Virus record (IMG/VR): IMGVR_UViG_3300045912_000206
Location: 1 to 36,498 of that record
Strand: one strand, 5' to 3'
Source: a virus
Taxonomy: Duplodnaviria > Caudoviricetes
DNA: 36,498 bases
Part shown: piece by piece, positions 17,401-27,045 of the stretch
Numbering within the stretch: the stretch's first letter is position 1
Layout of the letters: every line of letters begins with the position of its first letter
Made by a program: the position numbers and the translations under genes
Notes under the pieces: generated by a model
Databases searched by the model: none
What the model was told of the DNA's origin: nothing
What the model saw: only the letters and a program-made list of their open reading frames with translations

Positions 17401-20400
17401 AGACACGCTCGTTGAGAAGGGTGTGATTACACCGGAGGAGGAGCAGGAGGCCCTCAAGTCCAAGACCCCGGGCCGCGCTGCTTCCCGCCTCCTCTCTCGC
17501 AGCGCCAAGGCCCAGCGTGACGCAGCCAATCGCCGCATTGGCGGTTTCTTCGCGCCGGAGGACCTTACCTTCCGCGACGACCGGTATGCCGACCTGTACG
17601 CCAATGCGTTCGAGGAGCTTCGTGGGCTTGTTGATCTCGCCTCGTCTGCGACGCCACGCAAGGGTGCCAAGCCCCGCTTGCTTAACATCTACGAGCTAAA
17701 CGATATTGAGGGGTTCGTTACTATCGGCGATCGCATCCGCTACGCCATCGAACTTGAACGCCTTGACGACGTTCTGGACACGCTCAGCAAGGCCCGCAAG
17801 CTCGGCGGTGCCACCCAGAAGGTGGACTCGCGGCCGATTGAGGTAGCGTCCGAGCTGTCGCCAGAGGCGACCACGGAGGCGAAAACGCGGCAGCTGGATA
17901 TTCCTGCCGGCGAGGACGTCAGTCGCAGCGTGTTCGACACCGTCGACCTCGTGCCGGAGGACGAGCTTGTCCGGCTCGTGACGCTAGCCACTCGTCCGGG
18001 GCTGATCCTGCGTGGCGCCCTTCCGTCGGAGAAGGAGCTGGCGCAGGACGAGGCCCTCTTCCGACTCGACGAGCTGTTTGCTCAGGCGGTTAACTACATC
18101 GCTGGCTTGCCACGCCGGGCTCGTGCCCCCGAGGATGCCGCTGCACGGGTAGCCAACGCCGGCAACAAGGTTCTCAGGAACAACGACAAGATCGAAGAAG
18201 TCAAGAAGCAGCTGGCTGCCCTCAAGGGCAAGAAAAAGAAGTCCGATAAGGCGGCCGAGCTGGAGGCTCAGCTTGAGTCGCTCAGGGATACTCAGCAGAA
18301 GCTCGTCAAGGACTACCTCAAAGCAGTAGCTGCTGTCGAGGAGAATCAGGACGAGCCGATTGAGCGGCTCAAGGAGCTTGGCGTACTGCGACTGGAATCT
18401 CCTGACGAGGTCAAGCAGGCCAACAAGCTGACTGAGCAGGAGATCGAGGAGGGTGCCACCGCAGCCGGCGAGATGCTTCTCAGCAGTGAGCTGACCAGCG
18501 CCCTTGCCAATGAGGGCATTCAGTTCGACGTCTCCGTAACTCAGATCATCACTGGCGACAAAGATGTCGTCAAACAGCTGTATGACCGTGCCACTACGCC
18601 GGGCCAGAAGCGCAAGATCATCCAGCGCGCTCAGGTCATGTACCAGACCAACCAGAACGTCGGCCGCGCCCGGCAGGCGAGGTTCCGGCGGGACGAGCAG
18701 ACCGGCGGGAAGAACCGCTACGGGTTCTCTGGGCAGATGCCTACCGGCGCGAAGACCGTCGAGCGCGAGGCGGCGAAGCAGCGAATGGTAGAGGGGTACT
18801 ACGCTCCCGAGGATGTCGAGTTTGGTGCGCCGCGCAGCAAGAAGCTGTACGTCGAGGCGTTCAAGAAGCTGAGCAACATAGCCGAGAACGTCCGACTGGC
18901 CGGCGACGAAGCCACGCCTCTGCAGAGGTTGTCCTTGGAAACCGCCATAGCGGAGATGGACAAGGCGGTTGAGAAGGCACAGCCCACGCCGAAGACCGCT
19001 GAAATCTACGAGATCACGTCTGCCTACTCTGCTGACGTGCTGGTCAACTTTTGGCGGGTGCAGGACGAGATGCCGGAGGAGCGCAAGAAGCGGGTCGCAC
19101 GGGCCAACCGCCTGCGTCCGAAGCTGGCTACTGCTATCGCCAAGACCGACGAAATGCTGACGCGGTTCCGCAAAGAGGTGTTGCCGGCTGAAACTGACCG
19201 GGCCAAGCGTACCCAGCTGGTGTACGCCTTGGCATACCTGCGTTCTCTGCGCGACTACGCACAGTTCGCCTACAACGCCGACAACCCGTCCACGCCGGCC
19301 CTGAACCAGATCGAGGACCTGATTGGGTTCCTCGACGAAGTTAACGGCATGTCTGATGAGGCTTTCGCCGCTGGCTACGCGAAGGTCACGAGTGCTTCGC
19401 TTCGTGGCAGCCTCCGCCTGATCACCGGCGACCAGTCGTTCCGCAAGTTCGTGCTTGACCGTAGCAAAGCCAACCGCGACGCGGCCCTGCACGCTAAGCA
19501 CGTCGCTGCTGTTCGGCTTGGCAGGAAGCTCACGGACGAGGGGATGAAGAAGTCCATGTACTTCCGCGACATGATCATGCCGGTCATGCAGAAGTTCGCG
19601 GACTCGTTCATGGTTGACGGCTGGTTTTCCTACCAGCCCACCGTTGCCGAGATGGATTCCGTCCAGTACGCCCTGCAGAGGATGCTGCGCGACAAGCGCA
19701 CTCCTCCTGAGCTGACGCAGCGGACTGCGAAATACTTCATGCAGCTTGGCTACACGTTCGACGAGAACGGAGTACTGCAGTACGAGGAGTCTTCGGAGCC
19801 GCCGCCAGAGGGGCAGAAGCCGCGCCGGCGGCAGGAGCGGTACACCAAGATCACTGACGAGAACCTCGACAAGCAGGCTCGGCTGAAGCACGAGACGCTG
19901 CTCGGTGTAGTGGACAATGTTACCGGCGAGGAGTACACGCCGGAGGTCTCCGCTTCTCCGCTCGTCCGTGAAGGCACTTCTGCAAGCATCTTCAAGCAGA
20001 TACAGGAGACACGGGAGGTCGCCGCTAGGGCCGCTGAGCGGGAGGAAAGGTCCCAGACTGCCCGTGACCGGGTCCTCAACAGTCGTGTGCTTGGAGTGCT
20101 CACCCGGTACTCCAACAACCTCGCTGCTGCTCGCACTGCTGGAGCGGCGCGGCTCGCCGAGCAGAGGCTGTTCGCGGCCCTTGAAGAGCTTGGGGTTGAG
20201 GCGCAGCCGGGGAAGGGCAAGGAGAAGGATACTACCGCGCTCGTGCGCGCATTCGGTTACGACGTGAAGGTGCCGCTTGTTGAGCCTAGGCTCACCGGTG
20301 ACACCCCCACGGCCTTGGAGGAACTCCGTCGCCTTGGTCGCGAGATGGAGATCCCGGACATCACCGCCCCCCTGCCGCAGTGGGCGCGTCCGGACATTGC

Positions 20401-23400
20401 CCCGACCTTTATGCGGACACCTGTTACTGCAGAGCAGGTCATCCCTGCGAGCACTCAGCAGCAGGCTGAGCTGTACTCCCGTGTCGCTGGGGTGATTGAC
20501 CGTTTCCTCAAGCGTATCAGCAACACCAAGACGACGATCAACGGCATGGTGCGGGCTGAGCAGCGGATGGTGCGTGCCCTGCAGGCCCTCGGCGTGTGGC
20601 AGCAGGGCAAGACGCCCGCCATCGGGACCATCAAGATCGGCGACAAGTCCCGTTCGGTGCGTCTGGTGGCGGACGCTCTGCAGGCAAAGACGCTCCTCAA
20701 GCAGCAGGCCAAGGAGATCATGTTGAGCGTCAAGCCGCCGGCGGAGCCAAGCATTGTGACCGCGGCCCGGCGGACCGCCAGCCCTGAAGCCCGTGAGCAG
20801 CTTGCCGCTGCCGAGTCCAAGGCTCGGTCTACCCCGGTGGACGAGGAGACCGACCTGTTCATGCGGGCGATCGACCCGGACCTTTACAGCGAGGAGTTCA
20901 CGGCGGTTGTCGACGAAATTGACGCGGCGATTAACCAGCTCGGTTCTGGCATGTCGGCCAACGATGCGCTCGACGTGTTCATGCGGAAGATACCAAAGGG
21001 TCACCCGTTCCATGCCGTCGCTCAGCGCCTGCTGATGTCGAACCTCGACGATGTAGTGATCCGCTACGATTTCGGGCGCCGCCTCAAGAAGAACGCCGCC
21101 GGTGCGTTCGTCCGCAACATGAACGGGCGCCCGACGGTCCTGCTCAAGTTCTACGAGGACACCGGGCTCAGTGCGCGTGGTGACGCACTAAGGTCTTACA
21201 CGATACTGCATGAGCTGGCACACGCGGCTACCTACGGCGCCCTGCGCAACAAGCCTTGGTTTGCTCTTGAGCTGACGGGCCTGCGCGAGCACGTCCGGCA
21301 GTACCTTGAGGAGAGGATGGGCGGACTGCCACCGACCGAGTACGTGCGCTATGGCCTTGAGAAGACCAAGCTCGACGGGCGGCCGAACCCCATTGACGAG
21401 TTCTTGGCAGAGGCATGGACGAATCTGGAGCTGCGCGCGATTCTGAAGCGCGTGCCGGCTCCCACCCCTGCCACCACTCCGACCCTCTGGTCACGGGTAC
21501 AGTCGGCGTGGGACGCGTTCAAGGCTTTGGTGCGGCGGGTCCTTGGCCTGCCCGAGCCTGTCAAGCCGGTGGAGACCAGCGTGCTCGACGTGATCTTCTC
21601 GATGACCGATGAGCTGTTCACCGGCGAGAAGGTCGACATGACTGACATGCTTGAGGCGCGGATACCGGACGCGGTCCTTCGTGCCCCCGCCGCCGCCATT
21701 CTTGAAAAGCATGTTGGCATATCTAAGTGGGCCAAGCGCATCCGCGATCGGGCCGTGCCGCCTCTTGGCGCCATGAGCATGGAGCAGATTCGCGATCTGT
21801 ACGCCAGCGGGTTCCAAGGTCCGCAAGGCAACCCGCTGACTGACTACATGACTGCGTACTTCAAGCGGGCTGCTGAGAACTCCCGATTGATGGAGCGCGC
21901 CGAGAAGATCGTGCAGCGGTGGACCACACTGCAGCAGAAGAACCCTGCAGCCGCCGTCGAGCTGTCGCGCGTGGCCACTGAGGCCAGCCTGTATCGCGTG
22001 TCGCCCGGTGAGGCGGTGACCAGCCTTCGCAACAAGCACCTGATAACGCCAGCAGGGCAGCAACGCTGGGCCGAGCTGAACGCTCGGTACCGCGCCATGC
22101 CGTCAGAGTACCGACAGATGTACGACGACCTGCAGGCCTACTACCGCAACGCGCTTGCCGAAGAGTCTACCCTGATCCTGCAGAACGCCCTGCGGTCGGT
22201 GTTGGCCACTGGCGCCGGTGCTCCGCTCGACATCGAGACGTTCGAGGATACGTTCACGCTCAAGAAGCTCGAGGGCATCACGCCGGAGAAGCTGAATGAG
22301 ATGCTTGGCGATCTCGCCACGCCTGACATGAAGGCGACGATCAACCAGCTTGCTCGCCTGCCGGAGATGCGGCAGGGTGACTACTTCCCCCTGATGCGTT
22401 ACGGCGACTTTGTTGTGTACGCGTCGCGCGAGACCGAGCGCAAGACGTTCACCAACAACAAGGAAGCGCAGGCGTATGCAGCGACAAAACGCCGCGATGA
22501 CCCGACGCTGGATGTTGGCGTCTTCGCGGTCGACGACAAGTTCGTAGTGCGGGTCACCGAGAAGGAGTTCAGCACTGCCGAGTCGCGCACCGAGGCGGAG
22601 GAGATCCGCCAGCGGATGGTGGAGACCTACGGCGCTGACGCTGTATCCGACGTGCAGCGCCGGTCGCAGTTCGCACAAGACGCGGTGATTCAGTCGAACT
22701 CTGCTCTTGCCTCTATTCTCGGCAGGCTGGAGGGCAACGCGGCGGCGCAGGCGGCTATCAAGAACTTCTACCTGCGGTCGCTTTCGGACTCCAGCTTCCG
22801 CAAGCACGAAATTCGCCGCAAGAACCGGCTGGGCGTGAACTACGACATCCAGCACCGGAACTTTGCCAACTACGCCAAGCAGTCGGCGTACTACACCTCA
22901 CAGCTGCAGTACGGCTGGCAGCTTGGTCGGCACCTGCGGGATATGGACGAGTTCGCCAAGCGGACCCGTGGTACCGACGACATCTCGGCCGTGCGCCGCG
23001 GCGACGTGGTGAACGAGCTGAAGAAGCGCGACGAACAAATGGCCGAGCTGCCGGAAATCGTGAAGATCGTGAGGCGCGGGACGGAGTTTGCGCAGTTCAT
23101 CTCTCTCACCACACCTGCGTACTGGATGACCAACGCCACCCAGCCGTGGATGATTACGCTGCCGTGGCTGGCCGCCCGGTACGGCTGGCGGTCCGCTGGC
23201 GCTGCCTTGGGTATGGCGCAGAACCTCATCAAGTCGCCGCTCCTCAAGGCAGTGGTCGACTCCAAGGGCGGTATTGCAGCTGCACGCAAACTGACCGGCA
23301 AGGTAGCGGCTGAGCAGGCGTTCTCGGTCATCGACCAGATCATCGATCAGATCCGGAACGACTCCAGCCTGCCGGACGGCAGGGGCGAGAGCTACATCGC

Positions 23401-24736
23401 CATGCTGACCGAGCTGCGTCGGAACAACGTCATCGACCTGTCGTGGATTGCAGAGCTGCGCGACATTGCTGAGGGGCAGGACCTATCCCCCACCCAGCGG
23501 CTCCTCGACGCCTCTCGCATCATGGCCCACCTGACCGAGGTGAACAACCGCGTGCTGGTGGCCATCGCTGCCTACGACCTCAAGTACAACGAGGTGGTAG
23601 AGGCTGTCGGTGAGGTTGAGGCCGACCGGCAGGCTACGCTGTACGCCAAGACTGCGGTCTCCACGACGCAGTTCAATTACGGCGGCGCCAACAAGCCGCG
23701 GTGGTTCCAGACGAACGGGCCTCTCGGTGCCGGTGCTCCTCTCGTAACACAGTTCATGCAGTGGCCGCAGCACATTTACGCCATGATGGGCATGAACCTG
23801 TACAAGTGGACGAAGGGCGACAAGGAGGCCAAGCGCATCTTCCTGAACGTGCTTGCCACCCACACTCTTGCCGCCGGCGTGGCTGGCTCCATGTTCCAGC
23901 CGATTAAGTGGGCTGCCGGTCTGGTGCTCGCGCTGTTCGGCGACGATGACGAGCCGTACGATGCGGCGTCGGCGGTCAGCGGGCAGGCGTTCGACTGGTG
24001 GTTCCAGAAGAACCTCGCCGCGATCACCGGCTCGCCGGCGCTGGCTGAGGCTGCCACCAAGGGTATCCCGGCATTGCTCGGCGTCGACCTGTCGAAGCGG
24101 CTCTCGATGGGCTCCATCTTCATGGCCGACCTGCGGCCTGAGAATGCTGACTCATTCCTTGGTAGCGCGGTTACGTCGTTCGGCGGACCGTGGGTCGGCA
24201 TCGGCGTGCAGTGGGGGCGCGGTTTCCAGCAGGTCATGGAAGCGTCTGCCAACGGCGACGTGCGTGGGTTCTTCCGCGGCTTGGAGTTCGTCATGCCGAA
24301 GATCGCCCGCGACTTCCTGCGCGCTGGCCGCTTTGCTACCGAAGGCATTACGTCCACTCGGGGCGACGTACTCGTCCCGGCGGACGACGTTTCTCCGCTG
24401 GAGCTGTTCACCCAGAGCCTTGGCCTTACCCCGACGGCGGTTTCCCGCTTCTACGACAAGCGGGAGTACCTCACCCGCCGGGCGCGCCTTGCCTCTGAGC
24501 ATAAGCAGGAGATCGTGACACGTATCCTGAAAGCCGACCCGTCTGAACGGGGCAAACTCATCAGCGAGGCTGTTCAGCACAACAAGATGTACCCAGACGC
24601 CCCGATAAGCATCGCTGGTCTGATTCAAGCCATGCGGAACAAGCGTGAGCGCGAGGTGCGCACGCAGACCTACGGAGCGAATCTGAATGACCGACAAGCA
24701 GCAGTCTTCGGGCGCGAAGCAGACTTTCTCAGGTAG
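14489..24736 (+). CDS. Giant polyvalent internal virion protein (~3415 aa) with zincin metallopeptidase and PLxRFG-like domain
   Basis: Uninterrupted ORF (GTG 14483 or ATG 14489). HELAH at 21209-21223 with downstream EFLAEA; YFPLMRYG from 22382; hydrophobic Gly/Ala-rich segments near both ends. Confidence 0.8.
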   Translation: MSDIRRQYEKDFGPLRALDPLELPPLPDIQGRADALIEQYSAGASPADRGLPPLWELGGGIKPRPPKGEGGLPTMFGAELVGVGEALAGAGEYLVGQGERKAREAFPGVVPEMGLNTPFRATRQYLGNIREEMYKTLRPEVVDRVSREWTTLDPTKSVFRVDDPLETAATVGTKLVQAVPSSLATLLPAIIMFRMGASPAAISYLGASEATISMGALANQIDEEVAGAREEELMQSPRYAELRRTMTESEAREALAAEAQGARPLLAGLIVGAISSAAGRLWTPIVGEGAAGTALQRLGRGAIAEAPQEASQSAVEQYVQNIAAQTYDKTRSATEGVLEATVEGGALGGLIGGGFSVAFGRRQRPEVPSEAPPPGASTEDPAAVNRGAPGESFESVFGPTPGGVRVGPTQTQGDLFASGQSAADAVDPAVAAALRAREQFTTRVAQPYDRSGNPTGRPVVLQDSGELQAERDQAAMRAAARAQAEAELAESKPKPISPKAPKDAKARVAAAQVRWQQAVEARTQQLLEQGPQIRPPAAPNEAQVDMFAAVPSPEGGFELSTPGPGTDPYQMSLRQGQLGLPRPPPGQITEQRELTQPIPGGTMSLLPPARGQLPQPPPERDLSQPPGVLPDERQIGIFDQAPFPRPEPAPVTEEPSVQPVEEVAQPDETAQAPVEYEVSVVDRDRQVKSRKTFPTLAEAEAAAKDLRSRAKETGNTVMVQRRQRSTADVYRLIGRDEDGNVVVNEPHPDSDSAQAALARYIMDPEFNTVEFSIVPTAELRKPAEPAPEVQQPDEPTAEPLLDIEAQLDDMEDETSDRLGVYLSRDNIDRLNRDRASEVIRGRGVQLGNFDDKGGLLIVRDRPTADMALELKAEGQDMQEILGLLTRAGAGKPLAGRYVVQERTPAGAVVRETLVGTYAEADALAEEIGERAVIISAQQALRRRARLIEQERKQRAKKRTETKARDKFLEQTDTLVEKGVITPEEEQEALKSKTPGRAASRLLSRSAKAQRDAANRRIGGFFAPEDLTFRDDRYADLYANAFEELRGLVDLASSATPRKGAKPRLLNIYELNDIEGFVTIGDRIRYAIELERLDDVLDTLSKARKLGGATQKVDSRPIEVASELSPEATTEAKTRQLDIPAGEDVSRSVFDTVDLVPEDELVRLVTLATRPGLILRGALPSEKELAQDEALFRLDELFAQAVNYIAGLPRRARAPEDAAARVANAGNKVLRNNDKIEEVKKQLAALKGKKKKSDKAAELEAQLESLRDTQQKLVKDYLKAVAAVEENQDEPIERLKELGVLRLESPDEVKQANKLTEQEIEEGATAAGEMLLSSELTSALANEGIQFDVSVTQIITGDKDVVKQLYDRATTPGQKRKIIQRAQVMYQTNQNVGRARQARFRRDEQTGGKNRYGFSGQMPTGAKTVEREAAKQRMVEGYYAPEDVEFGAPRSKKLYVEAFKKLSNIAENVRLAGDEATPLQRLSLETAIAEMDKAVEKAQPTPKTAEIYEITSAYSADVLVNFWRVQDEMPEERKKRVARANRLRPKLATAIAKTDEMLTRFRKEVLPAETDRAKRTQLVYALAYLRSLRDYAQFAYNADNPSTPALNQIEDLIGFLDEVNGMSDEAFAAGYAKVTSASLRGSLRLITGDQSFRKFVLDRSKANRDAALHAKHVAAVRLGRKLTDEGMKKSMYFRDMIMPVMQKFADSFMVDGWFSYQPTVAEMDSVQYALQRMLRDKRTPPELTQRTAKYFMQLGYTFDENGVLQYEESSEPPPEGQKPRRRQERYTKITDENLDKQARLKHETLLGVVDNVTGEEYTPEVSASPLVREGTSASIFKQIQETREVAARAAEREERSQTARDRVLNSRVLGVLTRYSNNLAAARTAGAARLAEQRLFAALEELGVEAQPGKGKEKDTTALVRAFGYDVKVPLVEPRLTGDTPTALEELRRLGREMEIPDITAPLPQWARPDIAPTFMRTPVTAEQVIPASTQQQAELYSRVAGVIDRFLKRISNTKTTINGMVRAEQRMVRALQALGVWQQGKTPAIGTIKIGDKSRSVRLVADALQAKTLLKQQAKEIMLSVKPPAEPSIVTAARRTASPEAREQLAAAESKARSTPVDEETDLFMRAIDPDLYSEEFTAVVDEIDAAINQLGSGMSANDALDVFMRKIPKGHPFHAVAQRLLMSNLDDVVIRYDFGRRLKKNAAGAFVRNMNGRPTVLLKFYEDTGLSARGDALRSYTILHELAHAATYGALRNKPWFALELTGLREHVRQYLEERMGGLPPTEYVRYGLEKTKLDGRPNPIDEFLAEAWTNLELRAILKRVPAPTPATTPTLWSRVQSAWDAFKALVRRVLGLPEPVKPVETSVLDVIFSMTDELFTGEKVDMTDMLEARIPDAVLRAPAAAILEKHVGISKWAKRIRDRAVPPLGAMSMEQIRDLYASGFQGPQGNPLTDYMTAYFKRAAENSRLMERAEKIVQRWTTLQQKNPAAAVELSRVATEASLYRVSPGEAVTSLRNKHLITPAGQQRWAELNARYRAMPSEYRQMYDDLQAYYRNALAEESTLILQNALRSVLATGAGAPLDIETFEDTFTLKKLEGITPEKLNEMLGDLATPDMKATINQLARLPEMRQGDYFPLMRYGDFVVYASRETERKTFTNNKEAQAYAATKRRDDPTLDVGVFAVDDKFVVRVTEKEFSTAESRTEAEEIRQRMVETYGADAVSDVQRRSQFAQDAVIQSNSALASILGRLEGNAAAQAAIKNFYLRSLSDSSFRKHEIRRKNRLGVNYDIQHRNFANYAKQSAYYTSQLQYGWQLGRHLRDMDEFAKRTRGTDDISAVRRGDVVNELKKRDEQMAELPEIVKIVRRGTEFAQFISLTTPAYWMTNATQPWMITLPWLAARYGWRSAGAALGMAQNLIKSPLLKAVVDSKGGIAAARKLTGKVAAEQAFSVIDQIIDQIRNDSSLPDGRGESYIAMLTELRRNNVIDLSWIAELRDIAEGQDLSPTQRLLDASRIMAHLTEVNNRVLVAIAAYDLKYNEVVEAVGEVEADRQATLYAKTAVSTTQFNYGGANKPRWFQTNGPLGAGAPLVTQFMQWPQHIYAMMGMNLYKWTKGDKEAKRIFLNVLATHTLAAGVAGSMFQPIKWAAGLVLALFGDDDEPYDAASAVSGQAFDWWFQKNLAAITGSPALAEAATKGIPALLGVDLSKRLSMGSIFMADLRPENADSFLGSAVTSFGGPWVGIGVQWGRGFQQVMEASANGDVRGFFRGLEFVMPKIARDFLRAGRFATEGITSTRGDVLVPADDVSPLELFTQSLGLTPTAVSRFYDKREYLTRRARLASEHKQEIVTRILKADPSERGKLISEAVQHNKMYPDAPISIAGLIQAMRNKREREVRTQTYGANLNDRQAAVFGREADFLR

Positions 24737-26312
24737 CGACCGCCCTACGTGCCCCCGTTGCGGGCGCAAGATGATCCGTATGGCCCGCACCGCTACTGGG
24801 CGATTAAGGTGGGGGTGCAGGTCAAGGAGCGGCGGCGAGGACAAGTACTGCTACAGCACAACTACACCCATAGATGGGTACGTGGCGAAGCAGAACGGGA
24901 CAAACGTGCGCGTCGACCGCCCACGGTTCAAGCGTAGCCTGACTCGCCGCCGGCTCGTAGTGACATCGGCTCAGAACGCCACGCCAGTCCACGCGGGGTT
25001 CCTAGAAGCACTGAAGGGCTATTGTTCGGTCTGGGACGCCGACCTCGTGGTCATCCCGACCCGCTACAAGAACCCTACTTCCCGGTGGAGCGAGTCGCAG
25101 CAGAACGCTGAAGTGTGGGACCCAGCCCTCACTCCGTACCTGCACAACCAGCGGAAACGCTTGAGCAAGCACCTTGTCCTGCTCGGGGACATCAAGACCG
25201 TCCCCACTGCCCAGCACCCGCTATCCGGGTTCGAAGGCATTACCCACGGCGAGTCGGGCATCCTCGGCCATTCGAAAATGGCCCTGCGGACAATTGCAAC
25301 CCCGCACGGCGCCCTGCCCAAGATCATGACCACGACCGGTGCGGTGACCGTCCGGAACTACACCGACAGCAAGGCGGGCAAGAAGGGTGAGTTCCACCAC
25401 GTGTTTGGAGCCTGCGTCGTCGAGCTGGATGGCTCGCGCTTCCACCTCCGGCAGATCAACGCCATGGACGATGGCTCGTTCATCGATCTAGACACCGAGT
25501 ATCTGCCGGACGGCACGGTCCGCCCTGCCCCTCCGGCTTTGGGACTGGTGATGGGCGACACACATGTCAGGTTTGTTGACCCAAAGGTGGTCAAGGCCAC
25601 GTTCGGTCCCGGCGGCATCGTCGACAGATTGAACCCCCAAGCCCTCGTCTGGCACGATGTGCTGGACGGCTTTGCAGTCAACCCACACGAGCGCCATGAC
25701 CCATTTGCAGCAGTCGCCAGACACAGAGACGGAAGCGCCGACTTCGCTCGAGAGGTGGCGGAGGCAGTGCATTTCATCCGCGAAAAGTCGGCGGGCCGCC
25801 GGGCCTACGTCGTCGCCTCCAACCATGACGACTTCTTCCGTAGGTGGCTGGTGGACTCGGACTGGCGGAAAGACCCCACCAACGCGGTCTTCTACCTGAA
25901 GACGGCCGCCGCCCTTGCCGAGCAGGCAAAAGTAGCTGAGGGTGGGGCCAGCTACCCAGACCCGTTTGCCTTGTGGTTAGAGTCGCAGCTGGACGAACGT
26001 GACGACATCCGTTGCCTGAAGCCAGACGAGTCCTGCCTCATCGGGGGTATCGAGTGCGGCTTCCACGGGCACCGCGGCCCGGACGGCGCGAAGGGCACGG
26101 TGAACAACTTGTCCAAGATTGGCGTCCGCGTGATCTCCGGCCACAGTCACAGCCCTGCCATAGAGGGCGGGCACTATAGAGTAGGCACAAGCACATACCT
26201 GAAGCTGTCTTATACGCAGGGACCAAGCAGCTGGCTTAACACGCACGCCGTCATCTACGCCAACGGCAAGCGGACGCTCATCAACATCATCGATGGCAAG
26301 GCGTGGATGTGA
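24687..26312 (+). CDS. T5 A1-like calcineurin-type metallophosphoesterase with N-terminal zinc ribbon
   Basis: Motifs GDTH, HDVLDG, SNHD, HGH and GHSH. The C-terminus GTST.LKLSY.QGPSSW..TH.VIY.NGKR.LI.II.GK is recalled as A1-like. N-terminal CPRC…C…C. Confidence 0.72.
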   Translation: MTDKQQSSGAKQTFSGSDRPTCPRCGRKMIRMARTATGRLRWGCRSRSGGEDKYCYSTTTPIDGYVAKQNGTNVRVDRPRFKRSLTRRRLVVTSAQNATPVHAGFLEALKGYCSVWDADLVVIPTRYKNPTSRWSESQQNAEVWDPALTPYLHNQRKRLSKHLVLLGDIKTVPTAQHPLSGFEGITHGESGILGHSKMALRTIATPHGALPKIMTTTGAVTVRNYTDSKAGKKGEFHHVFGACVVELDGSRFHLRQINAMDDGSFIDLDTEYLPDGTVRPAPPALGLVMGDTHVRFVDPKVVKATFGPGGIVDRLNPQALVWHDVLDGFAVNPHERHDPFAAVARHRDGSADFAREVAEAVHFIREKSAGRRAYVVASNHDDFFRRWLVDSDWRKDPTNAVFYLKTAAALAEQAKVAEGGASYPDPFALWLESQLDERDDIRCLKPDESCLIGGIECGFHGHRGPDGAKGTVNNLSKIGVRVISGHSHSPAIEGGHYRVGTSTYLKLSYTQGPSSWLNTHAVIYANGKRTLINIIDGKAWM

Positions 26313-26824
26313 TCTCCAAGCTCATCACGCACCCGGCGAAACGCCCCAAGCCGGGGCCGCAGTACGACCCCCAGCGTGAGCGCGTGTACGCCATGGAGCG
26401 GGAGATCATTGGGATGTGCGTGCACCATGCCGCCAAGCGGGCCGATCTGCTGAAAGTCATTGAGCACGCCTGCAAGTACTACGGTGTCCCCACGCCGAAG
26501 CTGGTGGTCACTAACCGCCCTGACGAAGCTGTGTTCGGCTGGACCGACCACAGGAAGATCGTCCTGAACCGGGGGTACCATGGGGCCAACACCCCTACCT
26601 TGCTACACGAGTTAGCACACTGGGTAGCCGACCAGTTCGACCCGTCACGTGTCGAAGCGCACCGGCCTCAATTCGTGGGCATCTATATGCATCTGTTGGA
26701 GAAGTACCGGCTCATGCCGGAAGCCGGCTTCCGCAGCCTCGCCAAGAAGTACAAGGTGAAAATCTCATCGAAGTTTTTGCCAGAGGACCTTAAAGCATGG
26801 GCCAAACGAAACTCGTCAGCCTGA
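26303..26824 (+). CDS. HExxH zincin-like metallohydrolase (SprT/TIGR04338-like)
   Basis: DPQRERVYA.E at the N-terminus; LLHELAH…AH.PQF motif. Confidence 0.72.
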   Translation: MDVISKLITHPAKRPKPGPQYDPQRERVYAMEREIIGMCVHHAAKRADLLKVIEHACKYYGVPTPKLVVTNRPDEAVFGWTDHRKIVLNRGYHGANTPTLLHELAHWVADQFDPSRVEAHRPQFVGIYMHLLEKYRLMPEAGFRSLAKKYKVKISSKFLPEDLKAWAKRNSSA

Positions 26825-27045
26825 TCGAGCAGCTACTGAACGTAGCTTCCGGGTTCGTGTTAAGTGTGCTAGTATGGCAGACCGTGGGGCCGCTGTTTGG
26901 CTACGAAGTGACTATCGCTGCCAACCTCGGCATCACCAGCATCTTCACCGTCGTCAGTGTGGTCCGGGGGTACATCTGGCGGCGCTTCTTCAACGCGAAC
27001 CTCCACGAAGCTGTAGTGCGTTGGGTCAGGAGATTTGCCGGATGA
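26797..27045 (+). CDS. Small two-TM membrane protein (conserved phage family)
   Basis: 82 aa: QTK..SLIE…NV..GF..S…PLFG…N..IT.IFT.VS.VR.Y..RR.FN. ATGA-coupled to the next gene. Confidence 0.7.
   Translation: MGQTKLVSLIEQLLNVASGFVLSVLVWQTVGPLFGYEVTIAANLGITSIFTVVSVVRGYIWRRFFNANLHEAVVRWVRRFAG

Noticed and set aside
17984-21013. 1009-aa antisense ORF inside the giant gene
   Set aside because: It looks like a shadow frame of a GC-rich gene (Leu/Arg/Gly/His-rich, no motifs). Similar antisense ORFs shadow many genes here.
26874-27041. N-terminal extension of the DUF5664 ORF as given in the track
   Set aside because: It overlaps the real membrane-protein gene; ATG 27042 has an RBS and ATGA coupling.
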